Positions 24,819-36,041 of a DNA stretch of 64,000 bases are shown here, in pieces. Origin of the DNA: Oopsacas minuta (lineage: Eukaryota > Animalia > Porifera); assembly GCA_024704765.1 (NCBI GenBank), contig JAKMXF010000365.1, positions 994,131-1,058,130 on the forward strand, given 5' to 3'. How positions within the stretch are numbered: the first letter of the stretch is position 1; each line of letters begins with the position of its first letter. A program made the translations under genes and the position numbers. The notes below the pieces were generated by a model. That model made no database searches. It was not told the origin of the DNA and saw only the letters and a list, made by a program, of their open reading frames with translations.

Positions 24819-25112
24819 TTATCTATTATAATTGCAGTTTCCAAGAGTCTCTCTTGGTAGGCTCATCCCTAGTTTTTGCTATTTTATTCACCTCGAACTT
24901 TCATATTTTCTTTAACTACCATTTTAAATGCAATCACCTAATTCTATGTTTCACTGCCATAAACTACCATCATATGAGCTATTATCTGGCTTTACACGCA
25001 AGTACTTATCTTATAAAAGTACATTTCTACGTAATTTATTATTCTAGAACACATTACAGATTACACAATATTAGCTATAGTTATATTATAACTACATTAG
25101 CTTGTAATCAGT

Positions 25113-26990
25113 ATGTCCATCTTTCAGAGCAATCTCACACGTGTGAACAAAGGTCCTGGATTCTACCAAATCAACAAGAATTACATTCTCAGGTTTCCTG
25201 ATGAGCTCATCAAGACTGCAGACAAAGCCAAGCCCCTGTCTACAATAAAGGGCATAACTTGCCTCCCAGAGAAGAAATTCGAGATAAAGTTTTCAAGCGG
25301 TCCACGATGGCTCATGCAAGCTCCCTCGTCTAAGATTCAGATGAAGTGGGTAGTAGAGATTGCACAACTCACGGGTTGTAGCATTGAGGACAAGATGAAA
25401 CCAGAGGTTGTCCCTGAACCTGTACCTGTACGAACCCCAACAAGCAAAACGGTATACGTAGGGAAATCGCAGATTTCTGGACTTCATAATCCTCGTTCTC
25501 AAACTCAGAGAATGGCTAAACCTAAATCACTTGATAGTGATAATGCCAAGGTTACGAATCCAATCTTTCACAATGCACATTCTTTTCACGCTCTCCCTTG
25601 TCATGAATTTCCTGTCTGTGTTGATACTCTACAAGATCAGTCCCAGAAATTACCTACAATGTATCAACAGATGTCACCCAACCTCAAGCCATCAACAATA
25701 GCCACCCACACTGAAGATATGTCTCCACTACCTCGGGGGCCAGAATCTGCTACCGTGCTAGAAATTGGTGCCAATCTGATGGAGTGTATACCCCCTCCAG
25801 ATTCTACTCTTGATGATGGTATAGTTCTTAACAAGGATGAGAACAGGGAAGAAGCTGGTAACTATGTTCTAGAGGATGAGTACCTAGACATGCAGCTCCC
25901 TGAGCTCATACTTAATACAGGAAAACTACTACTAGAAGATACAGCATCAAAAAGCCCTAAACATCCCAATACTGAGAATATTCTGGACAAGAAAGATCTC
26001 TACTCCTTCCTAACTAACTCTAGAGAGCTGAGTGATATACTCTCTACTCCATACTCTGCTGTTGACAAGTCTGGGAAGTTATTCGCTAGAGCTGAGAATA
26101 CTCAAGATCCTTACTCACATATAGGGGAGGAAGTTAGGCCTGGGGTTAATGTGCCTGCTGTTAAAGAGGAAGAACTCAAGATCTTAGAAGTTATAGGACA
26201 GGGAGCATTCGGAGAGGTCTCCCTTGCTGAGTGGACACCTGACTCTTCTGACAAGATTATGGTAGCTATTAAGAATGTAAAGCAAGGAATCAGTGATGTT
26301 CAGATAAAGAACTTCTTGAAAGAAATCTTGCTAATGTCTCACATGTCTCACATGAATGTACTCGGAATATGTGGAGTTGTAGACAGAGGTGCTGATATAA
26401 ACCCATGGATCGTTATGCCCTTCTGTAAGCACGGCTCTTTGAAGTCTTATCTCCGAGACATGGATGATATGCCTTCCCTCAAGAAGCTTATATACTTCTG
26501 TTCAGACATAGCATACGGTATGTCCTATCTAGCGTCACAGAACATAATACACAGAGACCTAGCTGCCAGGAACATAGTGGTGGATGAAAATGAGATTTGT
26601 AAGGTGACAGATTTCGGTTTTTCTCGGCAGTTAGATTCTGAGATATACGTGTCTAGCAATACGCAAGAGGTCCCGGTCAGGTGGACAGCTCCTGAAGCAT
26701 TGAATGAAGCTAAACATTCTGTGTCAAGCGATGTGTGGAGTTACGGTGTTGTCATGTGGGAGATATTCACCAAGTGCGTAAGACAACCTTATGACCATCT
26801 TAACACCAATAACTATATGATATTACACAATCTGAACAAGGGAGAGAGACTACAGCCTCCTAACGAATGTCCTAATTGTATTTCTGGTATCATGCGTGCC
26901 TGTTGGATACACAATCCTGAATCCAGACCCAGTTTTGATTTGATATTCTCTCTCCTCTTCCAGATGATAAGGAGATTGGACAGATCTTAG
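25113..26990 (+). CDS. Non-receptor tyrosine kinase with N-terminal PH-like domain, 625 aa, single ORF
   Basis: Kinase motifs IGQGAFGEV, VAIK, HRDLAARN, DFG, PVRWTAPE, SDVWSYGV. The N-terminal ~95 aa has a PH pattern ending FEIKF...WLMQAPS..QMKWVVEI. No TM, SH2 or SH3 seen. Confidence 0.9.
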   Translation: MSIFQSNLTRVNKGPGFYQINKNYILRFPDELIKTADKAKPLSTIKGITCLPEKKFEIKFSSGPRWLMQAPSSKIQMKWVVEIAQLTGCSIEDKMKPEVVPEPVPVRTPTSKTVYVGKSQISGLHNPRSQTQRMAKPKSLDSDNAKVTNPIFHNAHSFHALPCHEFPVCVDTLQDQSQKLPTMYQQMSPNLKPSTIATHTEDMSPLPRGPESATVLEIGANLMECIPPPDSTLDDGIVLNKDENREEAGNYVLEDEYLDMQLPELILNTGKLLLEDTASKSPKHPNTENILDKKDLYSFLTNSRELSDILSTPYSAVDKSGKLFARAENTQDPYSHIGEEVRPGVNVPAVKEEELKILEVIGQGAFGEVSLAEWTPDSSDKIMVAIKNVKQGISDVQIKNFLKEILLMSHMSHMNVLGICGVVDRGADINPWIVMPFCKHGSLKSYLRDMDDMPSLKKLIYFCSDIAYGMSYLASQNIIHRDLAARNIVVDENEICKVTDFGFSRQLDSEIYVSSNTQEVPVRWTAPEALNEAKHSVSSDVWSYGVVMWEIFTKCVRQPYDHLNTNNYMILHNLNKGERLQPPNECPNCISGIMRACWIHNPESRPSFDLIFSLLFQMIRRLDRS

Positions 26991-27467
26991 ATTTTTATAC
27001 CGCTTCAATTGTTTAAATCATCCATATTATTTGAATGTTGCATACTTTTAGAGCTTCTCTTTGTATATTTTTGCTATTACCAAGTTGAATGCTATTCTTA
27101 TCCAAATGATGTATATTTTATATTTATGCAAATCGACAGAATATTTATAACCATTGAGCTATATTAGCCTTTGTGTTACATTCTCTACTTAGTCAACAGC
27201 CAAATGTCTGTGTTCAGGTCGGATTGGAGTACTTTATGAATTTATTAATTTTTGAATGAATCCCTCGCTCCCACCACAGGTAATCGCCCCCATCGTCAAA
27301 TACCAACCTCTATTCTCATATTAAAAGTTCCTAACCCGATGTTGTTCTACTTCACTTTACTTACTTGAGTCATAATTATTCTAAAGCGATTCCCTTGCTT
27401 GGTCGCTGCGGCACTGCTTTATGCCTCAGATTTAGCTTAAGTATGAAACAGCTAAATTTAGTAGTGG

Positions 27468-28236
27468 TGTTGGGTAGTATTTTGAGATTCTTGTATTAAG
27501 TAACACCATGGACACTCATATCGTAGTATTTGAGGAGAGTATAGAATTCTGAGATTTAAGTATGTAACACGAATTGTGCATGTAGTTTATTGTAATTTGG
27601 TGATAATGTGTGCTGAGATTCTGTGTTACTTAACAAAGTATATAAACTCCTACATCGAAGTCACAATTTTTTGATAATTCAAAATATTTTTACGTGAATT
27701 TTATATTTGTTTTCCTGAAATTTCTTCTCTCTTATAAATTCACATTATATTATGTATATTTTATCTATATGTTGTAAACTTGCATGTTTGTTTGAATATT
27801 TCATTATTATGTACTTTGTATTTATTTATTTTAATTCATTACACTCTGACACACAATTAGTTTAGAGAGAAAGAGATGTTTTATGTTTACAACATTGGAT
27901 CGTTTAATATAGTAACGTTTCATGTTTACTTGCACACTCCCTGGAACTCTTATTAACTTTATTAAAATCAATATAGTGTTAATTATTCAGTCATTTTGCG
28001 AATCAAAAGTTAGTGAATAATCATCACTTTGTATACTGTATTTAATATAGGTGAAATATTGTAATTTGTTAGGCACATTACATCTCTAAAGTATAGATAG
28101 TTGAGTATTACAATGAACTACATGTACAATTCGTGTTACATACTTAAATCTCAGAATTCTATACTCTCCTCAAAATACTACGATATGAGTGTCCATGGTG
28201 TTACTTAATACAAGAATCTCAAAATACTACGCAACA
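27468..28236. mobile_element. Non-autonomous TIR element, about 770 bp, with ~135-bp inverted arms
   Basis: 27474-27607 is the reverse complement of 28108-28230 with few differences. The interior is AT-rich and non-coding. Confidence 0.8.
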
Positions 28237-28256
28237 GTGCTTTTTTTTATTTGTTA

Positions 28257-28300
28257 ATTCGACGTGTGCAGAGTATATTCATACTCTGCACACGTCGAAT
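28257..28300. other. Perfect hairpin, 20-bp stem and 4-nt loop
   Basis: attcgacgtgtgcagagtat-attc-atactctgcacacgtcgaat. Confidence 0.9.
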
Positions 28301-28807
28301 GGTCAGTTTTGAAACTACAAGATTGGATTAGGTTCAGTAGATAGCCCTGACAATTTATCACTATATATAGTGGAGTCTCCCAAAGAGGACAATCCTTTAC
28401 AACAGACAAACCTCCTGGAACGGAACGATTTAGCCATCATATATGTAATACTTAGCAGTCTCCGAGAAGCGGACAACTCCCTAAAGCGAACAGAAGCGAT
28501 GTCCCCAACATGTCCATTATTGGAGACTCTACTGTACCATAGTTTCGACTTGAAAATGTAAAATTAGGCCTAGAAATGGGCTTAAATGTATGAAAATGCA
28601 AAATTAAGCCGATTTTATTGATACATGTATGGAAATTTAATGTATTGCCGGAGCCTTAAGCAATTTTTAAGAATCGAATAATTTCCAATGGAAATCCTCA
28701 GTTTCTTGAGAACTTTACGTAATTTTCCATTGTAAAACCAGCTGGGTCGAGGTAGAGTTAGGGAATCGGCTAAATCTGGTTCACGTTTAGTGACAGTTAC
28801 GGTGCTA

Positions 28808-30448
28808 GGACATCTTGCCGAAAGATATTTTACAGAAGTTATTGTTAATTAATTGTACACTAAAATAGTGATAAATTTTTAGCTTTTTAGTTTATTGTAG
28901 AAAATTGAAAAAATATGAAAATAAAATAAAAATGAAATATTTGTAGGTTAAATTATGCGTTATACCACTAAGATATTCTAGATGTGGTATATATATATAT
29001 ATATATTCGTCTACCAACTTCTCTAAACGTCTATTAAGTTGAACGTACTTCTTCTTAGATTTCGGCAGTTCATGTCCACATCTATCTTTTTCTAGTGTAA
29101 TTTCATTATCTCTCTGTTCCATAATAATTTTGCGAATTAGTTTAGAGAGAGTTGGATGCGTTGTGTTGATTCTTATATCGAATGCTCTATGCCAGCCCTC
29201 CACAAAATCATTCGTCCGTGGCAGAACTCGTTCCATTCTATCTCTAACATTCCGTAGTTCTATGGAAAATAACGGACGTAGTCTTTGTCCATGATGTTCT
29301 AACCCAATCAATGTCTTCTCAAAGTAGTGACTGAAAGCACTTAAGTCATCTACTAGATCATTAGATAGGGAATCAGTGAGTTCTCCATAACATGGAATGA
29401 CATCTATTTCCGGTACAAATGCTAATGCCCGAAATTGCTTCATAACCACTGCGAATTCTTCATCACATTGGTAGCGAAGTTGAAATCCTAGGGCCTGAAT
29501 CTGTCGCCAAATCGCTTGCCCAAAATGAAAATAACATCCCTGAAGTACTGCAGTTGGAAAATTCTGTGTAAGTGCGTTTAAAGCAGCTCTTTCAAAATCG
29601 ATCATTATCGTATCAGGTTGTAATGAGGGATCACGCTCCTTCAGAGTAGAGAAGATTTGATTGTACGTCAATTCTGTTTATTTTTAGCTATACAAAAGAT
29701 TAGGGGAATTGTCACCGTCTCAGTTAATAACGCATGGACAGTGTATAATTGGTGTCCAAGTGGTGCGGAATCAAACGTACAATCGCAAACCAATTTGGGT
29801 GTCGAGCTAGCATTCTGATATTTTCTTCTGTTCCGAGGATAATTAGATCGATCTCTGGATTGTTGGAGATTAACAATTGTTAGCCCCTTGTTGTATGTAT
29901 AGATTCGTAAAAATCTATATCTGAAAGTTTCCTCTTGCGTCGTACAATTTTAGACAAGCATTCCTTAGTGGGAAGTTTTACTGTTGCAGCAATTGAGATT
30001 GAGCTTGTTGCATTCTGGGTTACCGAAGAAGTAACTTCTTCAGTTAGTGTAGATCGTAATTTGATCGCTTCTATAGTTTTAACTGCCTCAACAGATGCGA
30101 AATCGGGTTGATGATTGTGGTTTAGAGGTGACTTTTTCACAAATCCGTTTATTCTAGAAGTTATCATACGACTATTGCATAAACCTCTCTTCTCACAACG
30201 CCAATAAGTTGAATGATTAGAATCTTTATCTTTGATATATATGTAACCATTATATATCAGTTTCTTTCCTCCGAAAATTGTTGATGTCAATTCCATTTTA
30301 TCGATAATAGTAAGTATTCGATAGTGTTAGTATTTGTAGTGATTATACTGGTAGAATGTGTATAAACACCTAGCATTCATTACATTATTTATTTTATGGA
30401 TATAATTAGCTCCATGTGATTAATTTGTTATCTTTCGGCAAGGTGTCC
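28808..30448 (-). mobile_element. Decayed Mutator-like (MULE) transposon: FLYWCH zinc finger plus MULE transposase, frameshifted
   Basis: YWRCEKRGLC...NHNH (29880-30296); WFCDCTF in the broken region (normally DGTF); IMIDFERAA...GCYFHFGQAIWR and RTNDFVEGWH (28892-29671). TIRs ggacatcttgccgaaagata / tatctttcggcaaggtgtcc. Imperfect 9-bp flanking direct repeat acggtgcta / acggtgtta, the right one offset by 4 nt. Confidence 0.9.
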
Positions 30449-30829
30449 GGACACGGTGTTACACGATCGTAGGATATCCCAAGAAACGTGTCAAATTAGG
30501 AATTCAATCCTAAACAATTCACCAATATCTCTGAATTCTCTGAAGTGAAGCTTTGAAAAGTGAGGTTGCGAATTATATCACTATGCATTGAGATGTTGTT
30601 TGATGTTTATTAACTGTCCGATTTGAACAAACTACAGTTAGAGGTGGCCATATAGTTGAAATCGGGTAGGAGGCTCTATTTAGCAAATTCTGGACTCCGA
30701 CTTGTAGAAAGAAGGTAATTGCATGCATTACCTTCCACAAGTCTGAGTCCGGAATACGTTAAATCTTCAAGAATCATTTTGAAATAATTATTCACATAGT
30801 TACCCTTTTTTAATTAGTTCCTCATCGAA

Positions 30830-32143
30830 ATGGACAAGAAACACAGATTATTTATTCCAGTCTTCATATTTACAATTATCATGATAATCCTACTGGCGTT
30901 ATCTGCCATCTTAATCATATCCCTTCTCATCTTTATGTTGAGGCATCCTAACAATGATGTATCAGTCATTAGTTTCAACTCGTCTAGACAATTATATTTC
31001 CCAGTTTCACCTGACCTAGATCCTCCTACCTCTCTATACAGTATCCAAACACTTAATCAAATACTCTCTAATCCAGTATACACTCCTGAAGAACATAAGA
31101 TAATCGGTCTATGGAATTTTACCAATGCAGATACTTTTATGTTGATAGAAGACGAGACAGACATTCCAAATCCTTTCATTCGTGCAGCTTTCTACGCTTA
31201 TTCTAAGCACTTTCCATTGAGTATCAGTGTAGATGATATATGGCTAATTATCCTGCAGACAGCAAGTTTGAAAATTAATAATAATTCTGAAGAGTTGAGA
31301 CATAACTTTGTGAATTTCTCTGATAAAATGATTTTAAAGGTTAGAAGAGATAACTTCATTCTTGACTCATTAGACAATGACTGGGGTGGAGTAGCTGAGG
31401 AGTTTGTTGAATTGATAGGAGAGAATACGATTGGAGACTTTGATGCAATCAGTAAAACCACATTCTCTACAACTTCAGACGTTAGTCGAGTTGCCTCTGC
31501 CATGACTATTATGGAATCTGTCAAGAGCTTCTTTGATTACCGGCTTTATACTTTATGTGGATTTCCTTATATTATCCTGGAAGGTAATGAATCTGATTGG
31601 TTGCTGCTTAAGAACACAACAATCAAACTTCTAGCTAAGTTGGGTAGTTTTGGGAAAGAATGGGCTGTCTCATTATTGCCATTATTGGATAAGATGATGG
31701 AACCGTTTGCTGATGAGATTGATACTCAATTTTGGAATTCCATGGTTAAGCGAGGAGGTCGTCTCAACTGTGTACCTGACCATTATATAAGCGGATGGAT
31801 TAACATATTATTTCCATTTCTAATATCTACTAAACTGGCAAAGAATACATACTCTGTTCCCTACCAATCTATCAATGATTACGCTAATCCTAAATTCAGT
31901 GATTTGATTAGTTTTGATGATGAAACGTTTGAGGGATATTACGAGGGAGCTGATGTGGAGTTATTCCCCATTGGACTAGCATCTGTTCCTGTCGAATGGT
32001 GTTACCTTTCTGCTTTATATAACCTGAAGTTTAATGCCGGATTCCTGGGAGTAACTCAATCAGAAAATGGTTTGATCAGACCTCAAGTGGGGTGGTATGT
32101 GTTGAGAGAGATTTCTCCAAAAACTCCAGAATATTGTGAATAA
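30830..32143 (+). CDS. DUF4419 family protein with N-terminal transmembrane anchor, 437 aa, single exon
   Basis: Family-type motifs AY..H.PL.I..DDIWL.ILQ, SEELRH.FV, FSTT, CGFP.I.LEG..SDW, FW, YISGWI, GFLGV.Q...IRPQVGW. Residues 7-36 are hydrophobic. Confidence 0.85.
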   Translation: MDKKHRLFIPVFIFTIIMIILLALSAILIISLLIFMLRHPNNDVSVISFNSSRQLYFPVSPDLDPPTSLYSIQTLNQILSNPVYTPEEHKIIGLWNFTNADTFMLIEDETDIPNPFIRAAFYAYSKHFPLSISVDDIWLIILQTASLKINNNSEELRHNFVNFSDKMILKVRRDNFILDSLDNDWGGVAEEFVELIGENTIGDFDAISKTTFSTTSDVSRVASAMTIMESVKSFFDYRLYTLCGFPYIILEGNESDWLLLKNTTIKLLAKLGSFGKEWAVSLLPLLDKMMEPFADEIDTQFWNSMVKRGGRLNCVPDHYISGWINILFPFLISTKLAKNTYSVPYQSINDYANPKFSDLISFDDETFEGYYEGADVELFPIGLASVPVEWCYLSALYNLKFNAGFLGVTQSENGLIRPQVGWYVLREISPKTPEYCE

Positions 32144-33618
32144 TATATTACATTTTCCTATTTCATTACTAATCTTGTTATATTGTTGAACATTCCTGTA
32201 TAACGAAAAGTTGAATTCCCTTAGAGTTGACACATTTCCATGGTTACAATTCGGATGTTAATATACTGATTCAGTATATGTAATATTTATTGTATGTATA
32301 TGTATGTATGTATGGAGGGCATTAGACAATCCTCAATTAAAGGATCTAGATCCCGATCCTGATCCTGATCCTGGCTGAAATGATGATCGGCGTTCCCGGT
32401 TCCGATCTTTATCTAAAAGGATCTACGATCCCATCACGATCCAATTTACGATCTTCTAATAGTCTAATTGATGATCTATTTTTCGAAATACAGTTGAATA
32501 TATTGAATACTATAGCTGGAAGTTCGACAATAAGTTATTATATGATTTTCTATTTATTCATATGTACATTTCTGGTATGTACACAATTTATATTAAAGTT
32601 ATTCTCTTTACGTGTTGAGCCATCTTCTGCATGTAAGTATTTGTGAGCACGTATAATGTAACAACTTTGATTCTACTTAATGCCGAAACCAAATATCCTA
32701 ACAGATATTTGCAGACAAATGTGGTGATAAATAATCTCAAATCGCCGCCTGTGCCTACACAAATTTTACCAAAAACATCCGTATTAAAATATACTACCCC
32801 GAAAATCGTGATACGATATATATACTTTAGCCCCATACACTTAATTATACCTTCAATCGAAATAATCAAGATTGCAATAGTTTCTTATACTAAGACCCAG
32901 TTTCGAAAAGTCCGACGACGAATATTCCACTATTCATAAAATTCTGCAATATTAATTTATGGCGGAGTTAATAGAATATTCAAATTGAAAATCTGATCAA
33001 CTCAACATAGGTGTCATATACCTTGAGCTACATATTATAAATATCTTATACAATTATAATTATATTTCTCACAAATACAGGCGATAAATTATGTTTCTGT
33101 GAGAAATATGCAAAGTATTATAAGAAAATTAAGAGGATGATCTAGTAAAGTCAATCGTGTTAAAATATGCTATCAAAGGTTAATATGTGTATAAATAGAC
33201 TCAGCTAGCATAGCGACGTCGAACAAGGGATCGCTCGATAGGATTCGCAGAAAGTTTGAGAATGGATTGTTTTCACATTCCTAAGGAAATTTTGCGTTGC
33301 AAGAGAAAATACTCTAAATATGGCCAGTATATATATATAGCAAACTGCTTGAAATTTGATGCTAAACACGAATATGACCATAAATTGATCTGAAGCAATC
33401 GAATGAGCTAGCCTACATTTGCAACACAGGCGATTTCTGTTGGGCACTAAGTTTTGACCCCCGAAACTTTCAAATTCCCGTGGTCGTATTTTCGAAGACT
33501 TATTTTCTGGAGTTCAGTGTGATTCTCCAATGCATATAAAACAATAAAACAATTTGTTGCAATTTTTTGGTTATTTTTCTTACATTGCCCCGTCTAATTC
33601 CTTTTATACTAAGTTGGT

Positions 33619-34035
33619 ATGGCAACAAACAGTCCTCCTAAGAAAAGACATAAACAAGAATCTATCAGAGATCCTAACACGAATACAGAGTCAAAGGTAG
33701 ACCTACCGATTAACTTAGACAAAGAACAAGTTGGAAAACAGTTGAATGGAAGTAGCATTGGGATACAACCTGAGAAATTCAAGACCGCACCTGAAAAATA
33801 TCGTCTTGAGACAGAAATCTCAATTTTAAATGATGAATCTATTAGACTCAAGAAAAGATTGGAATCTCTCTCTTCTGAATATTCTGAATTTGAGATGCAG
33901 GATATTCTAGATAAACTGCATGAGTATAATGATATTAAAGATGTTACACAGATTCTGCTTGGTAAATTAGCCGATTTTGATGAGATACCAGTTTCAGCTC
34001 TCTATCCTAGATTTGGACTCAAAACTACAGATTAG
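33619..34035 (+). CDS. SWI5: DNA repair protein SWI5/Sae3 homolog, 138 aa
   Basis: C-terminal family signature LDKLHEYNDIKDVTQILLGKLA....VSALYPRFGL. Confidence 0.9.
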   Translation: MATNSPPKKRHKQESIRDPNTNTESKVDLPINLDKEQVGKQLNGSSIGIQPEKFKTAPEKYRLETEISILNDESIRLKKRLESLSSEYSEFEMQDILDKLHEYNDIKDVTQILLGKLADFDEIPVSALYPRFGLKTTD

Positions 34036-34306
34036 ATGTATTTTCCTAATTCAATACCACACAATTATCGCTTAAGATGTTTATATATTCATCAAATATT
34101 CAAAAACTATCACTTAGCTTGTCACTTCAGTAAATCTCGCTTAATATATCATCAAGCCATTTTCACCTCATATTTCCCTCCTGGATTATTTATTATTCAA
34201 TTTTAGCTTAAGAACCAGTTTAGCGTATACATCGTGTTATATATAATTTATTGATTACATTGAACATCATTTCAGTAACCTGGCGTTGCGACTAATTATG
34301 GGATAC

Positions 34307-34346
34307 TGAATGTTGAATGTTGAATGTTGAATGTTGAATGCTGAAT
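34307..34346. repeat. Heptamer microsatellite (TGAATGT)x~5.5
   Basis: Read directly from the sequence. Confidence 0.9.
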
Positions 34347-35371
34347 ACAAAACTCACTTCCATCATATTTCATCAGTCATCACCTCAGAATTTGAAAATA
34401 TTCAATTTGCAAAATTGCAGAAATTTATAAATATATCTGAGTGTGAGTGTGAATGTGATGATAATAGATTGACTGGATTTTCGAATGATAGTGTTATTGA
34501 GTCTCATTATATAACGAAGTGAGCGAGAAGTAAAACTGGTTATTTTATAGAAGAAATCCAGAATTCAATATCAGAAAATATTATTATTATATTAGCATGC
34601 TAAATAACCTGTATTACCTACAGGATTTAGTTGTGCCCTGACATTTGAAATTTTCTAATGTGTATATTTTCACATCTTTTGACACTTCTGTATTTCTGAG
34701 CTGTGTGCCGTTTATCCCGACATAATCCTGGTGTTAGAGTGCAAGCTGCAAGGTGTCCCCGTAATTTAGCCCCCACACTTCTGTCTAGACAGGACTGTAC
34801 CTTATATCGTGATCAGAATTGAGATATCCTTATCAATTCTACCCCTTACTTATTGCCAAAGCGGTTTTGATCAATTTTCTAAACCTAATTTCTGACAAAA
34901 TATGCAGTCTAGACAAGACGACGAAACATCAGGGGTGGCGCCAGGACTTTCCCGACGAGAGGGCTAAGCTCCCAACGGGGGCAACTAAATTTGAGGATGA
35001 AATTCAGCATATAGGCATATAGGCTCATGCGTCTGGATGGGAAAGGATGACGTCAGCTCGCCCTCCCTATACTTTTTGTATTATGGTGGAGTCAGATCAC
35101 CTTTAAGTGTCCACGACCATTCCCTATAGCAAATTGTACAGCAGGAAGATCTAGATAATGAATATCTTACTACTAGCACTTGAAAGCATTGATTTTTATG
35201 ATGTTTGTACGTAAGTTTCATTTCCTATTGCGTTTCTTACTACTTTGCACTTCTAAAGACATTATTGGACAAGTCAGTTCAATTATGTATTTAGAAGTTC
35301 TAATATGGACTGAGTTATTAGCACCTGGAAATGTTTTTAATAGTACCTACGTATATTCATAGTATTCAATA

Positions 35372-35616
35372 CAGAGTTGTACGTTGGCCGCCCTCGACCC
35401 GCAAGCCAACAAGCTGCGGGCTTGCCAGAAAATATTCTCATCATTACCCGCATTAAGCTGCTTAGCAAAACTCCGCAGTCTCAGGTTACTGTTTTGAATT
35501 GCTACAAGTTACGAAATGGGAATACTTAAGGGTAAAACTAACCATACTTTCTCCGGAAAATTTTGATTTTTGCGGGCCGGGCTGCAGTTAGAAATTTCGC
35601 CCCACGTACAGCTCTG
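35372..35616. mobile_element. hAT MITE, 245 bp
   Basis: TIRs CAGAGTTGTACGT / ACGTACAGCTCTG (12/13) and 8-bp TSD attcaata / atttaata (7/8). Confidence 0.75.
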
Positions 35617-36041
35617 ATTTAATAATCAGACAACACAACATAATAGATTACGAAATGATAATTACAATTTCTCAGCAAATTCAGAGGTTCTACCAATTGA
35701 CTTGTAAATAATTTGTATTTCAATCTAACCTTTCTTCCTATGATTTCCCCAACGGATTGCTTAATATTCCTCGGGGCTGAGGTTCCCCGACGGGGGGCTA
35801 TAGCCCCCTTGCCCCCCTACCGCTACCCCAGCGAAACACCTTACCCTCATGCCTAAAGTCTGAGGGACATCTAGCCCTCTGACACCGGCCATAATACAGT
35901 AACTACAGTCCTTATATTTCTGTTCCAATGCTATGTTTGGAGGGAGTACTAATGATGATGTGGGATGATTTCCCACTGTTTCATTGTTTTGCTTTTTCAA
36001 ATAGATATTCAAATTTGTTTAGTATATAGCTAATATAGCTA

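Noticed and set aside
24815-25201. 128-aa ORF bridging the PDZ and kinase genes
   Set aside because: AT-rich, composition typical of non-coding DNA, and out of frame with both genes.
35761-36012. 83-aa ORF upstream of the NHL gene
   Set aside because: Spans a GC-rich MITE-type end (ggggggctatagccccc); no protein features.
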